A stretch of 64,000 bases of DNA from Eledone cirrhosa (GCA_964016885.1 CAXHJY010001571.1:1-64000); one strand, 5' to 3'. Counted from the first letter of the stretch, positions 30,321 through 45,039 are shown. Made by a program: numbers and translations. The notes: generated by a model not told the origin, from the sequence alone.

Positions 30321-30515
30321 GTTTATCCCGGGTTCAATCGGGGGTAACCACAGTAAGTAAGGTACTCAATACATAGCAGAGTATAAATATTTAATATGGA
30401 AAGGCTTCTACAGTACTAGAACTGTTTCATTCGGTAGAAATCATCAGGGCTTCTTGATGATTTCTCCCGAATGAAACAGTTCTAGTCCTGTAGAAGCCTT
30501 TTCTATATTAAATAT
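30321..30515. mobile_element. Family C element: back-to-back hammerhead pair in a palindrome
   Basis: Minus strand CTGATGA..GAAACAG..CTGTA-gaagcc; plus strand ggcttc-TTGATGA..GAAACAG..CTGTA-gaagcc. Confidence 0.8.
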
Positions 30516-30654
30516 ATATGTATATATAAATATATATAAATATATATTCAGCGAGAATCGTATTTCGGCTGGTATAAAAAGCGAAACGAAATGCAAAATC
30601 GTAGAAATGCTGGCAAGCGCTCCAATAGTTAAGAAAAACTAGAGCTAAACAATA

Positions 30655-31870
30655 TATATATACTATACATACACAAATATATATACTATAGATACACATA
30701 TATATATACTATACATACTCATATATATATACTATACATACACAAATATATATACTATAGATACACATATATATATACTATACATACACATATATATATA
30801 TATATACTATACATACACAAATATATATACTATAGATACACATATATATATACTATACATACACATATATATATATATACTATACATACACAAATATATA
30901 TACTATAGATACACATATATATATACTATACATACACATATATATATATATACTATACATACAAAAATATATATACTATAGATACACATATATATATATA
31001 CTATACATACACATATATATATACTATACATATATATATATATATATACTATACATACACATATATATATATACTATACATACACATATATATATATACT
31101 ATACATACACATATATATATATATACTATACATACACATATATATATACTATACATACACACATATATATACTATACATACACACATATATATACTATAG
31201 ATACATATATATATATATACTATACATACACATATATATATATACTATACATACATATATATATATACTATACATACATATATATATATACTATACATAC
31301 TCATATATATATACTAGACATACACATATATATATATACTATAGATACACATATATATATACTATACATACACATATATATATATACTATAGATACACAT
31401 ATATATATACTATAGATACATATATATATATATACTATACATACATATATATATATATATACTATACATACACATATATATATATACTATACATACACAT
31501 ATATATATATACTATACATACACATATATATATATACTATACATACACATATATATATATACTATACATACACATATATATATATACTATACATACACAT
31601 ATATATATACTATACATACACACATATATATACTATACATACACACATATATATACTATAGATACATATATATATATATATACTATACATACACATATAT
31701 ATATACTATACATACATATATATATATACTATACATACACATATATATATATATACTATACATACACATATATATATACTATACATACACACATATATAT
31801 ATACTATACATACACATATATATATACTATACATACACACATATATATACTATACATACACATATATATA
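30655..31870. repeat. ~20-26 bp minisatellite (tactatacatacaca(ta)n)
   Basis: Direct reading. Confidence 0.9.
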
Positions 31871-32608
31871 TACATATATATATACATATATATACATATA
31901 TATACATATATATACATATATATACATATACATATACATACATATACCCATATACATATATTCTTAAATGTGTGTGTGTGGTGTAGTATGAATGTGTGTG
32001 TGGTAGTATAACTAACGGTTGAGAAATGAGAACTTGCATGAATCCATCGTCCAGTGATCCAACCCCACCCCACCCCACCCTTCTCCACTCCATCACAATG
32101 TCGGCACTTTTGAAGTATTATTACGTCACTCACTGGAAGACCTGACAATAGCTTTCTTCTTTTATCGGCTTTTCCTCTATCCTTTATATTTTACCCCCCC
32201 CCCTCTCTTAATCTATCTATTTATCTATCTATCTCTATGTCTCTCGCTTTCTCTCTCTCTATCTCGCTTTCACTCTCTCTCTCTTTATCTATCTCGCTTT
32301 CACTCTCTCTCTCTCTCTCTCTCCCTCCTTCTCTCTCTCTCTCTCTCTCTCTCACTCCCTCTCTCTCATTCTCTCTCAGTCTCTCCCTCTCTCCCGCTCT
32401 TCTCTTACCCAACCCTTCTCTCTCATATCTCTAAGAATTTACTAGAATGTTAAACGCTATTGAAAAATAAATATATATAACAAAATCAAAAATATCACAA
32501 AAATTAAAATCGAAACAACAAAAACAACAACAACAACAACAACAACAACAAAGAACGAAAGAAAACACTTTAACAAACAAAAACAAAAAAATATAGATAT
32601 ACATATAA

Positions 32609-32647
<39 letters not shown>

Positions 32648-33147
32648 TATATATATATACATGTACATATACATGTACATATATATATAGGTATATATAT
32701 ACACACACACATATATAGGTATATATACACACACACAGACATATATTTATATATATATACACACAAACACACACACATTCATATATATATATATATATAT
32801 ATGTTTATATATATATGAATGTATACACATACATATTATGTATGTGTAATTATTTAGGAATAATATGAAAGGGTTGTAAAAAGCGAGGTTAACTCCCCTT
32901 ACCCCAGCCCGGTATATAACCTTAAATTAAATTTTGTTCTGCATATGTTCAATGGTCCATATTGATTGAAACTTCGCTTCGATGGCTTTCCTGGCACACA
33001 CACACACACACGCACACGTGTGTGTATATATATATATGTATATACCCATATACGCACATATATATATATATAAACATATATATACATAGATTCACATGTA
33101 TATATAAGGATATGTGTATATTTATATACATTTATATATATGTACTT

Positions 33148-33201
<54 letters not shown>

Positions 33202-33240
33202 AGAAAGAGATACTTTAATATATACATACAGACATAAATA

Positions 33241-33272
<32 letters not shown>

Positions 33273-33303
33273 CACATAATTATGGGTATAAATAAATACG
33301 TAC

Positions 33304-33338
<35 letters not shown>

Positions 33339-33710
33339 GTGAGTGTGTCAGTGTGTGTATATGGATATATATACATATGTAAATATATATATATATATAC
33401 ATACATGTGTATACACATATATATTTGTGGGATTTCTATGTATTGTTGATAAATACCTCTCTAGCTTTGAAAACCCGTTTCTATTGTCTCATAACGAGGC
33501 GATTGTTGTTATTATTAGCATGTCAATCATAAACGATTATCATCTGTAATATCATTGTTACTACTACTACTACTACTACTACTACTGCTGCTGCTCTGCT
33601 ACTACTACTACTACTACTACTGCTGCTGCTCTGCTACTACTACTACTGCTGCTCTGCTACTACTAGTACTACTAATACTACTACTACTACTGCTGCTCTG
33701 CTACTACTAG

Positions 33711-33767
<57 letters not shown>

Positions 33768-33831
33768 GACTACTACTACTACGACTACTACTACTACTTC
33801 TACCCTGCTACTACTACTACTACTACTACGA

Positions 33832-33865
<34 letters not shown>

Positions 33866-34464
33866 AGATTTATTATTTTCTCAACGTTATCATACCTTGT
33901 GACCAATAATAAATCATATTGTTGTGATGATGTTCTATTTTTGGCACAAGTCCAGCGCTTAACCAGTACATTACTGGTACTTCATTTTATCGACCCCGTA
34001 AGGATGAAAAGCAAAGTTAACCTCGGCGGCATTTGAACTCAGACCGTAAAGGGACGTAACTCTATGCTTCAAAGCATGGCGTCCGACTCTCTACCGATAC
34101 AGCCAATCCACCGCCCTTGTGATGATATATAATAATGGTTTCTTATATAGGCACAAGGCCAGCAATTTTGGGGGAGGGGGGAAAGTCGATTAAATCGAAT
34201 CCAGTGTATTACTGGTACTTTATTTTATCGACTCCGTAAAAATGAAAGTTAACCTTAGGTGGATTGGCAGTAACGGTAGAGGTTCGGACGCCATGCTTTG
34301 CAGCATAGAGTTATGTCCCTTTACGTTCTGTGTTAAAATCCCGCCGAGGTTAACTTTGCCTTTCATCCTTACGGGCCGATAAAATAAAGTACCAGTAATA
34401 CACTGGACATTGCTGGCCTTGTGCCAAAAGTAGAAACAATTATTATTTGTATTAATATCAATAT

Positions 34465-34468
34465 CATC

Positions 34469-34499
<31 letters not shown>

Positions 34500-34888
34500 C
34501 CACCACTACCACCATCACCAGCACCAGCACCATCACCACCACCACCACTACCACCAGCACCACCACCATCACCACCACCACCACCACCACCACCACCACC
34601 ACCACCACCACTACCACCATCACCACCACCACCACCACCACCACTACCACCACCACCACCACCACCATCACCACCACCACCACCACCACCACCACCACCA
34701 CCACCACCACCATCACCACCACCACCACCACCACCACTACCACCACCACCATCACCACCACCACCACCACCACCACCACTACCACCATCACCATCACCAG
34801 CACCATCACCACCACCACCACTACCACCACCACCACCACCACCACCACCACCAGCACCAGCACCATCACCATCACCAGCACCAGCACC

Positions 34889-34921
<33 letters not shown>

Positions 34922-34943
34922 ACCAGCACCATCACCATCACCA
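34465..34943. repeat. (ACC)n microsatellite
   Basis: Direct reading. Confidence 0.95.
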
Positions 34944-36097
34944 TATTGGTGTTGTCCTCTCTAATATGCAGACGACACATATTTCCAATATGAAATATCT
35001 TCACATCTACCATTCATTTCTTCAGTTTCTTTAAACGTATTTTTTGTGTGTTTTCCTCTGTGTTTTACTACAACAATAACAAGAGGAAAGATGACAACTT
35101 GAAAACGACGACAATATTCATGATTATAATGATGATGATGATGGTGACGATGACAACAACAACAACAACTACAAGGTGAACAATGACAATATTCATGCGC
35201 CCGAGTCATAAAGATTTGCACTGGATTTTCGAGTGGAATCACGCAATAAAACATATGTCTATTGAATAGAAAACACACACACACGCATACAGACACACAC
35301 ATATACACACATACACACACATACACACACACACATATACACACATATACATACACATACACATACACACACACATACACACATATACATACACATACAC
35401 ACACATACATACACATACACACATATACATACACATTCATACACATATATACACACACGCATACACACATACATACACACATATACATACACATACACAT
35501 ACACAAATACACAATTATCATAATAGAAAACAAACAATAAAAACAAAACTTGCAGCAACAACAGCATATTACAAAGTGAAAAAAAGATAAACTCTTCTGT
35601 TAAACATATCCCCCCCCCCCCCCCCCCGACCTTTCCCAATCAAACTGATTTCCTTTTGGATTTTGTCTTGATAAAGAAATAACTTGAAAAGTACATGTGA
35701 CCTCAAGATTGTAATAAAGAATATGAAGAGAATATAAACACTGGCTGCTGCATTAATAATAATTTGGTGCACCGGCTGTGACAGAAGTGAGCATTTCTAT
35801 AGAAATATAATGTACAGACAAAGCCATTAAAGATGACCTCTATCTGGTCTCTTGACCTCAGTGAAATAGCAGCCAAATCACCACCAAATCACACATCTTC
35901 AAACACCATCTCGGTTGAGTTAGCAGCCTTCTGAGGTAGATGAAATAATTTCAAGTCAATATAATATATAAAAACTCCAAGCCCCTGACTTGATATAACA
36001 GGTTATAATTCCGCAAAGGCTTCCCTCTCATAGTCAGAATTCATGACTAATATTAACGAAAGAATTATATATATATATATATTATTCTTTTTTTTTC

Positions 36098-36128
<31 letters not shown>

Positions 36129-36134
36129 AAAAAA

Positions 36135-36272
36135 GATGAAATCGAAAATGCAACTGGGGTCTTATTAAAAAAAATATATATATATTTATTTGGTTCCTTT
36201 ACCGGTTTCGCAGTTCTTCTGCTTTTCAAAAGTAGAGTTGAGATGGAGGGTCTGTGGCTTTTCTCACATCTG
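36135..36272 (-). mobile_element. Family E element with U3:A8 hammerhead (36197-36232)
   Basis: Reverse complement matches 40894-41026. Confidence 0.75.
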
Positions 36273-36489
36273 GTTGGTCTTTGAATGTTACTTTTTTATA
36301 TGGAAAAAGTGGCTCGAAACGCCAGGTTTTTAGAGAAGTAATATGATTGGTTGGTCAATAATTATAATAAATTTCGCGCCAGTTCGCGTTACAAAGTTCT
36401 TCAAACAAGAGGGAGGGGGCGGGATCACAGGTTGTTTTTTTCATATATGAGTGTTTGAATTTCTTTTTACTTAAAATAAATGGGGCACT

Positions 36490-36565
36490 CGAAGGCTTTT
36501 TTTTAATAAACGTAATTTGATTGGTTATAACCAATCAAATTACGTTTATTAAAAAAAAGCCTTCG
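36490..36565. repeat. 76-bp perfect palindrome without spacer
   Basis: cgaaggc-t8-aataaacgtaatttgattggtta|taaccaatcaaattacgtttatt-a8-gccttcg. Confidence 0.95.
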
Positions 36566-36902
36566 TGAGCCCCTTTTTTATATATATATATATAAATGAA
36601 AAAAAAGACGAGGAAGTTTCATTTACATGTATAAGATGTGTACTGTGTATATTCATCCAGGCGCTCTGCGTTTTGAGTAAAAAACGCACTGAGGTCATCT
36701 TTGCCTTTGCATTTCATGCTTTCGAGGTCCATAAAAATCTGCCAGTCAAGTACTAGGATGATTATTCCTCTATATATATATTTGGCACTTCCCCTCTCTT
36801 TCTTTCTCGGAAAGAAATCGGTTGTGTTCAGATATGGAGAGAGGGTGGCATTCACCAGGTTTAAAATGCCTAAGACGCGTGGCACGTCATTACGATGCCC
36901 CC

Positions 36903-36947
<45 letters not shown>

Positions 36948-37074
36948 AATGAAGTAATTCCGTCGGAAAGGTCCAGGATAAAAGAGTGCTCTATGTAGGT
37001 GTCTGATGACTGAAAGCACATTTTGTTTGCTTTCAAGAAACCACTGGTAAATGAAATAATTATCTTATGTTGTG
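36948..37074 (+). mobile_element. Family B hammerhead element (shortest form); ribozyme at ~37000-37053
   Basis: CTGATGA-c-tgaaagca..tgctttca-a-GAAAC-cact-GGTA. Confidence 0.75.
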
Positions 37075-37096
37075 TATATATGTATATATGTATAAG

Positions 37097-37278
37097 TTTA
37101 TCCCAGGTTCAATTGGGGGCAACCACAGAAAATAAGGTACTCAATACAAAGCAGAGTATAAATATTTAATGTAGAAAGGCTTCTACAGGTCTAGAACTGT
37201 TTAATTCCGGAGAAATCGTCAGGAAGCCCCGATGATTTCTCCGGAATGCAACAGTTCTAGTCCTGTAGAAGCCTTTCT

Positions 37279-37279
<1 letters not shown>
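37097..37279. mobile_element. Family C element, second copy
   Basis: Colinear with 30321-30505; minus strand ggcttc-CTGACGA..(t)AAACAG..CTGTA-gaagcc. Confidence 0.8.
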
Positions 37280-37341
<62 letters not shown>

Positions 37342-37523
37342 ACAAACTAAACTAAATGCGGGATTGGAAACCAATGGTAGCAACGAATACTATAATATTG
37401 GGAAACAACGATTACAACTATTCTATAATATTCCAGCTCTGTATAAAATACACAGCAACCGCCCGATTTTAAATATCAAAGATACTTTGGCGTAAGTAAT
37501 TGGAATTGAAAAGTTATACATGT

Positions 37524-38072
37524 CTAGGACGGGTAACATTCCCGAGATCCATGGATGAGTTCTCTCCAGCTGTCCCTGTCCCTCATTATCGCTGCCATGC
37601 CCTGCGTCTCCAAGAGACTAGTGTCTGTCCTTAGGGCAACAACATATGTTAACTTCGGTCTTCCTCTTCCAGTGTGTCTATGCAGGGGATCCCACAGGAG
37701 CACTGAGTGCAGTGTCAACTCTGGATGTCGGCGAGCATGTCCAGCTAACCTCAATCTCCTCTGGGCTACTCTCCAGCTGACCTTTGGGAGGCACCCGTAC
37801 TGCTCTGAGATGAGGACTTCCTGTATTTGGGAGCAAAGTTTGGGAATACGGAAGATGATGTGATTGAGAGGAAGAGCAAAGCCTGGGCAACGTGCCACAG
37901 CTTGAGATCGGTGTGGAAGTCGGACCTTCGTAAAGACTTGAAGATCCGTCTATTTGTAGATGTAGTGGAGTCTGTGCTGCTGTACGGGTCTGAGACTTGG
38001 ACACTGACCAAGAAACTCACTCAGATGGTGGATGGGTGCTACACGAGAATGCTGAGGATGGCTCTGAACAGT
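37524..38072 (-). mobile_element. RTE/RTEX-like LINE 3' fragment with 5' inversion
   Basis: Plus strand 37827-38072 reads VLLYGSETW..DGCYTRMLRMALN; its continuation YGCLPKVS..RRLRLAGH..GRGRP..RDSWR is on the minus strand at 37826-37524. Confidence 0.85.
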
Positions 38073-38739
38073 TGAACATTAATCAGTAAGTTATACATAC
38101 AGGTATTAAATTCAAACAGTCTAACCATTTTAAAAGGAAAAAGCCCAGCTGAGGGCAGAGACGAATTGCTACAGCCGTTAGTGGTGGAGATCTCCACAGC
38201 AGAGGACTCGGGGCAATTGTCCCCTCTACCCCCCATAAAACCCGGCCTTGATCACAAGGGCAGAAGATATTGCGGACACGACAAAGAGAAATAATAGTTT
38301 ACATTTAGTATATATTATACATCTTCTTGTTCTTGCTCAACGAGGCCAAGGGGTCATCCTAAGCCAACAATCCCAAAGTATCGTCGTGTTTAGAGCCAAC
38401 AAATATTATACATAGATACTAAAATACAGCAGACACATAAAAGACAACCGCGTGGCAATAAACATACTTATAGTCAATGATAGAAACACAAGGAAACAAA
38501 AAGTACCCCCCACCCCATCTCAAACATACACAGAAAGGGGAAAAAAACTTGAAGAAAAGCAAAGATCAGATTGCTTTGTCACATCCAAGATTTATATGCA
38601 TAATCCGGTATAATATAAGTTTCTATGGAACTACTGCAAAAATATCAACATCGTTTATAATAAAAAAGAACAACTTTAATAATGGCCATAAAGGTAATAC
38701 AGTGGCTAGATAATGATGATGACGACGATGATGATGACA

Positions 38740-38782
<43 letters not shown>

Positions 38783-38939
38783 CGCCGATGATGATGACGA
38801 TGATGATGATGATAACGAAGATACAATGAAAAATTGTCACACACACACACACACTTACACACACACACATATATATATAAATACATAAATATATATATAA
38901 ATGTACCTACACACATACTCCTAATATTGCCATACACAC

Positions 38940-39024
<85 letters not shown>

Positions 39025-39174
39025 TATATATTTACAAACGTGAATAAATAAATGAATAAAAATGGGCGGATTTTCTTGTGTAGTGACCTGGGGTATTTGA
39101 CACGTTTCGAAAAGCATCCGTCCATATCTATATATACAGTACTTTAGATTTATATATACATATATAAATATATG

Positions 39175-39398
<224 letters not shown>

Positions 39399-39420
39399 CA
39401 TATATAAATATATGTATATA

Positions 39421-39520
<100 letters not shown>

Positions 39521-39598
39521 AATATATATATGTACATATATATATATGTATATACATATATATGTACATATATATATATATATGTATATATATATATG

Positions 39599-39743
<145 letters not shown>

Positions 39744-40501
39744 AGATTTATATCATCATGTCCGAATTTCTTTCATATCCTTCCATTTTTTTGTTGTCGT
39801 CTTTGTCGTTGCTGCTGAATGGGTAAATTCTCTATCTAATATGGCGAACAAACGCTTGATGCAGCGCAGCAGTAGCACTAACATCAGCAACATTAGTGAT
39901 TGCAGTGTGCACCATATTACAAAGCTATCTTCTGTAGTGAATTTATGGCATGGCGAACACACAAAAAACAAATAGACAAATAGACAAAGACATACACAAA
40001 AAGTAGGAATAAATCAACTAGAAAAAATATACGGGATAAGAAATAAAAGAAAAAACCAGACGAAGGTCTACCTCCCTGTAAAGACAAAAATAACAACAAA
40101 AATATACAACAAAAATGACAACAAAAATTTACAACAAAAAGCCAAAGACAATATAAATATATATAAATATATATAAAACACACACGAAGTCAAACAAACT
40201 CAAAACTCATGAGAAACGAATAGAAAAAACTATAAGAAATACAAGAAAAGATTAAACATAAAAGGAAAGAAATAAAGAAGAAAAGAGGTGTATTGATAGG
40301 GTGGAAAAAAGAGTATAAAAAGTTAGTTTATAGCGAACTTTGTCCTTAAGATACTCCATTGACATATACGTATAATATGTAATATTATCATTTATCTCAC
40401 CCGTCTCTTTTGCTACGTATGTATATGCACCTACTCTTCGTAAGGTCAGAAGTGTATATACATATATGTATATATATATATACACACACACACCCACACA
40501 C

Positions 40502-40536
<35 letters not shown>

Positions 40537-40564
40537 CATATATAAAAAATATATATATATATAA

Positions 40565-40689
<125 letters not shown>

Positions 40690-40933
40690 TATACATATAT
40701 ATATACACACACATATACATATATATTTATATATATATTTTAATATACATACATGCATACATATGTATATATATCTATATATATATATACACCCCCATCG
40801 TATATATATATATATATATATATCAGAAAGTGAGGTTTTTTACAAAATGAAAAATAACCGAGGTGAAAGTATAAAGAAAAAAAGATGAAATCTCAGATGT
40901 GAGAAAAACCACCGACCCTCCATCTCAACTCTA

Positions 40934-40966
40934 CTTTTGAAAAGCAGAACTGCGAAACCGGTAAAG
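40934..40966 (+). ncRNA. Minimal type I hammerhead, U3:A8 variant
   Basis: ctt-TTGAAAA-gcag aa ctgc-GAAAC-cg-GTA-aag. Confidence 0.65.
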
Positions 40967-41036
40967 GAACCAAATAAATATATATATTCTTTTAAAAATA
41001 AGACTCCAGTTGCATTTTCGATTTCACCCCCACCCC

Positions 41037-41121
<85 letters not shown>

Positions 41122-41137
41122 TATATATATATATATA

Positions 41138-41872
41138 AAGAATTAGTATATCTACCAACATAATTATACAGATGTATACTTACGCTAGCAAAGATATAGG
41201 TTTTGTCTTAGTAACTTTGTGATTCAATACAAAGAGATGTAGAACAATTAGATAAAAGAGTAAAATAAGAAAATTATAGTAATTAACTCACTTACTTAAA
41301 TTTCTCTCCAACTAATTAGTTTCTGAAAGGGGATATACATAGTCTTCAAATGGAGACCATGGAGAATCCTTTCTTCATCAGGGAGTCATTCTCGGCTAAG
41401 ATTCCTGGCGATACGCGGACACAGGGACCGTATACAAAAATAATTCAGTGGAAAAAAGCTAGCGCGGACTAAATTCAAAGACATTGAAAACTTCACTGCC
41501 TTCCTGGTCAGTGGCAAATTCAAAAGAATCAATCACGTGACATCGAGGTTAATCAGTGAGAAGTGGCGGTTAAAAAGACAGTAGCCAAACTAATACTATG
41601 ACAAAATAATTTGGAGATAATTATAAAGAATTAGTATATCTACCAACACATTTATACAGATGTATACTTATGCTAGCAAAGATATAGGTTTTGTCTTAGT
41701 AAATTTGTGGTTCAATACAAAGAGATGTAGAACAATTATATAAAAGACGTAAAATAAGAAAATTCTCCATGGTCTCCATTTGAAGACTATGTATATCCCC
41801 TTTCAGAAACTAATTAGTTGGAGTGAAATTTAAGTAAGTGAGTTAATTACTATAATTTTCTTATTTTACTCT
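41138..41872 (-). mobile_element. Partial-tandem plus inverted pLTR/retrozyme-like element
   Basis: 41138-41275 is directly repeated at ~41626-41764; 41258-41367 is inverted at ~41762-41872. Confidence 0.8.
41306..41385 (-). ncRNA. Type I hammerhead with canonical core
   Basis: ctcc-CTGATGA-a-gaaagg..cctttc-a-GAAAC-taatta-GTT-ggag; stem III actaattagt is palindromic. Confidence 0.75.
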
Positions 41873-42073
41873 GTCTTATCTTCCGATGAAATACAAGCGT
41901 CCGAAACGTTAATAACTTGTTCAAGCTATATCAAGTAAGCATTAAACTAATATTTCATCAGTGTATCGCATTGACCCCCCCCCCCCCTTCGTATCATCTT
42001 TCCGTGTTTACTTTTCATATCTGTGTATACATTCGCACACATGCACACATATACACACTAACACACACACACA

Positions 42074-42126
<53 letters not shown>

Positions 42127-43744
42127 ACACACACCCACACACATATATACGGGTAGACACAACTCACTGTTATTGTTGTTCTGTTTCAAGTCAACCCTGA
42201 TCGAACCAACCTTTGATCTGATTGTACCAAGTAATACATTATACAAACTGTCCTCCATATTTTAAAACGTTTGGATTTGATTTGAGAGATTTCCAGCTGA
42301 TATTTCCAGCTGAACGAGTAACCATATATAGGCGCCCTTGTTGGTTCCTTATATCACTGATAATCCCAAGTTAACACCGATGAAACAAACCTATGAGTAA
42401 AGTCATTCCATCTGTGACCATCCTCCCTCTTTTGGAGTATCTATGACTACTTTTATTTAAGACGGCAGAGTATGTTTTGAGAGAGACTTGGATGCTGTTT
42501 TTTGGAGGTTAAGCCGCCTTATAGAGTGTTTTTAGTTGATTTTTTATCGATTTTTGTATCTCTTTATCTCCATTATAATAAATGTTTTTTTGTCAATGGC
42601 TTAATCAGAAGGAGACAACGGTGACCTTGACCTTCATAGGACCTCCTACCAGACTTGTAAGATTAACATAATTGATATTTGGTTAGAGTGTTTATATGTC
42701 AACTTCGGAAAAAACAAGACAAAAAAAACACAAAAAAACGCTAATAGGAGGAGAATTCCAATAAGATTCCGAAAATTGATTAGTGCTGGGTTTAGTATAT
42801 GGAGACAAAGTGGGTGGTCAAAGTGGGTGTATAAAGTGGGTGTGACGAGAGGAGGACATAGACTAGGCTAGCATTTCACTGTAACTGGGTGGAGGGAGAT
42901 ATGGAAATAGCTACTTCAGAGGAGCATTAGTTCAGAAGTTAAGGCTAGAATATTTGATATATAAAGCAGTGGTTACTAACCCTTTCAGAAACAAATATTC
43001 TTTTATTTAAATGAAATTCCTTATTGATAATATCACCTTCGTAGACTGTTATACGGTGAGAAAAACAACTGAAAAAATAATAAGAAACTTAGAGAATAAT
43101 AAACTCCCTAGATGATGTGTGAAGGCACGTGGTTTTGTGGTTAGGGTATTCGGTGCACAATCGTAAATTTGCAATGGCCGTGCGTTGCACCCCTGAGAAA
43201 GACATTTTAGTTCATGTTGCTCCAGTCCACACAAGCTGCAAAGATAAGTTATACCTGTACTTCGTTGGGCCAGCCATGTCACATTCTATATCATGCTGAA
43301 TCTCCCCGAGAACAACGCAAGGGTACGCGTGTTTGTGGAATGCTCATCCATTTCCACGTTAATTTCCCGAGCAGGCTATTCCATTGATCGTATCAACAGG
43401 AATACTCGTCGTCGTAACCGACGGAGAGCCACCACTACCCACCTACCCGGGATCATATGTATATTAGGTTTTTAATAAAATAACTTGGGAACGCCCAGGT
43501 CGATATTCTTCGGCATAGAGCATAAAACATGCTGACACGTAATAACAGTTTCTTATACAGGCAGCCAACAATTTTTTTTTTTTTTTTTGGGGGGGGGGGG
43601 GGGGGGGTCGCTTAAATCGACCCAGTGCATTACTGGTACTTTATTTTATAAGGTTGAAAGGCAAAGTTAACCTCGGCGGGATTTGAACTCAGATCATTAA
43701 AGGGCCGTAACTGTTAACACGTAATATTAGGCGGCGCAATGGCG

Positions 43745-44476
43745 ATGTTGTGATGGTGGTGTCATGATGGCGGTGTGGTGGGGTGTCGTGATGGCGGAGT
43801 CGTGATGGCGGCTCCATGATGGTGGTGTCGTGAAGGTGGTGTCGTGATGGTGGTATCGTGGCGGTGTCTTGATGGTGGTGTCATGATGGCGGTGGTGTCA
43901 TGATGGCGGTGTCGTGATGGTGGTTCCATGATAGCGGTGTCGTGATGGCGGTGTCGTGATAGCGGTGTCGTGATGGCGGTGTCGTGATGGCGGTGTCATG
44001 ATGGTGGTGTCGTGATGGCGGTGTCGTGGCGGTGTCGTGATGGTGGTATCGTGATGGTGGTGTCGTGGCGGTGTCGTGATGGTGGTGTCGTGATGGTGGT
44101 GTCATGATGGCGGTGTCGTGATGGTGGTGTCATGATGGTAGTGTCGTGATTGTGGTGTCGTGGCGGTGTCGTGATTGTGGTGTCATGATGGCGGTGGTGT
44201 CGTGATGGCGGTGTCGTGATAGTGGTGTCGTGATGGCGGTGTCGTGATGGTGGTGTCATGATGGCGGTGTCGTGATGGTGGTTCCATGATGGTGGTGTCG
44301 TGATTGTGGTGTCGTGGCGGTGTCGTGATGGCGGTGTCGTGATGACGGTGCCGTGATGGTGGCGGTGCCGTGATGGTGGTAATGTCGTGATAGTGGTGGT
44401 GGCGTGATGGTGGTGGCGTGATGGCGGTGTCGTGATGGCGGTGTCGTGATGGCGGTGTGGTGATGGCGGTGTTGTG
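43745..44476. repeat. 12-bp minisatellite (gtcgtgatggYg)
   Basis: Direct reading. Confidence 0.9.
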
Positions 44477-45039
44477 AGTCATTACGACTTTCAGTACTTT
44501 GAGTTCGAATCCCACCGAAGCTAACTTTGCCTTTGCCCCAGATTTAAAACTAAAATGTTGTGAAGGTAAACGAAGAATTAAGTCACATATACAGCAAAGG
44601 TGAGACTAAATAGAATTGTTTCTACTTTTGGCACAAGGCCAGCAATTACCCCAGTGCATTACTGTTACTCTATTTTGTCGACCCCGTTAGGATGAAAGGC
44701 AAAATTAACCTCAGCGGGATTTGAACTCAGAATGGCAAGAGCCGTAACTCTATGCGTCAGAGCATGGCACCCGGCCCTCTACCGATACTGCCAATCCATC
44801 GCCCTAAATATAATAACTGAGACACTTCAACTATTGAGAAATATTAAATCATGCAACCATTACTTTCCACATGTCCCATGGGACCAATAAACCTCCAATC
44901 TCCTCATTACGAAACTGGAGAAGGAGCCGTGGAGAGGATCTTAAAAATGGCCCTGTTCCAAACTAAGTAGAGAGACGTAATAAGGAAATAGGAAACAATC
45001 CTAAATAAAGAGGATCTAACTGGAACACAGTCGTGATTT

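Noticed and set aside
34369-35013. Mucin-like poly-Thr or poly-Val protein
   Set aside because: An (ACC)n microsatellite starting in a SINE tail; no splice or domain evidence.
35690-35785. Possible transmembrane-coding exon (minus strand, IIINAAASVYILFIFFITILR)
   Set aside because: Weak donor site and no partner exons recognised.
39756-39971. 71-aa ORF with a hydrophobic stretch (minus strand)
   Set aside because: No recognisable homology or splice support; cannot be excluded without RNA data.
43120-43200. tRNA gene
   Set aside because: It is the degenerate tRNA-derived head of a SINE; no cloverleaf.
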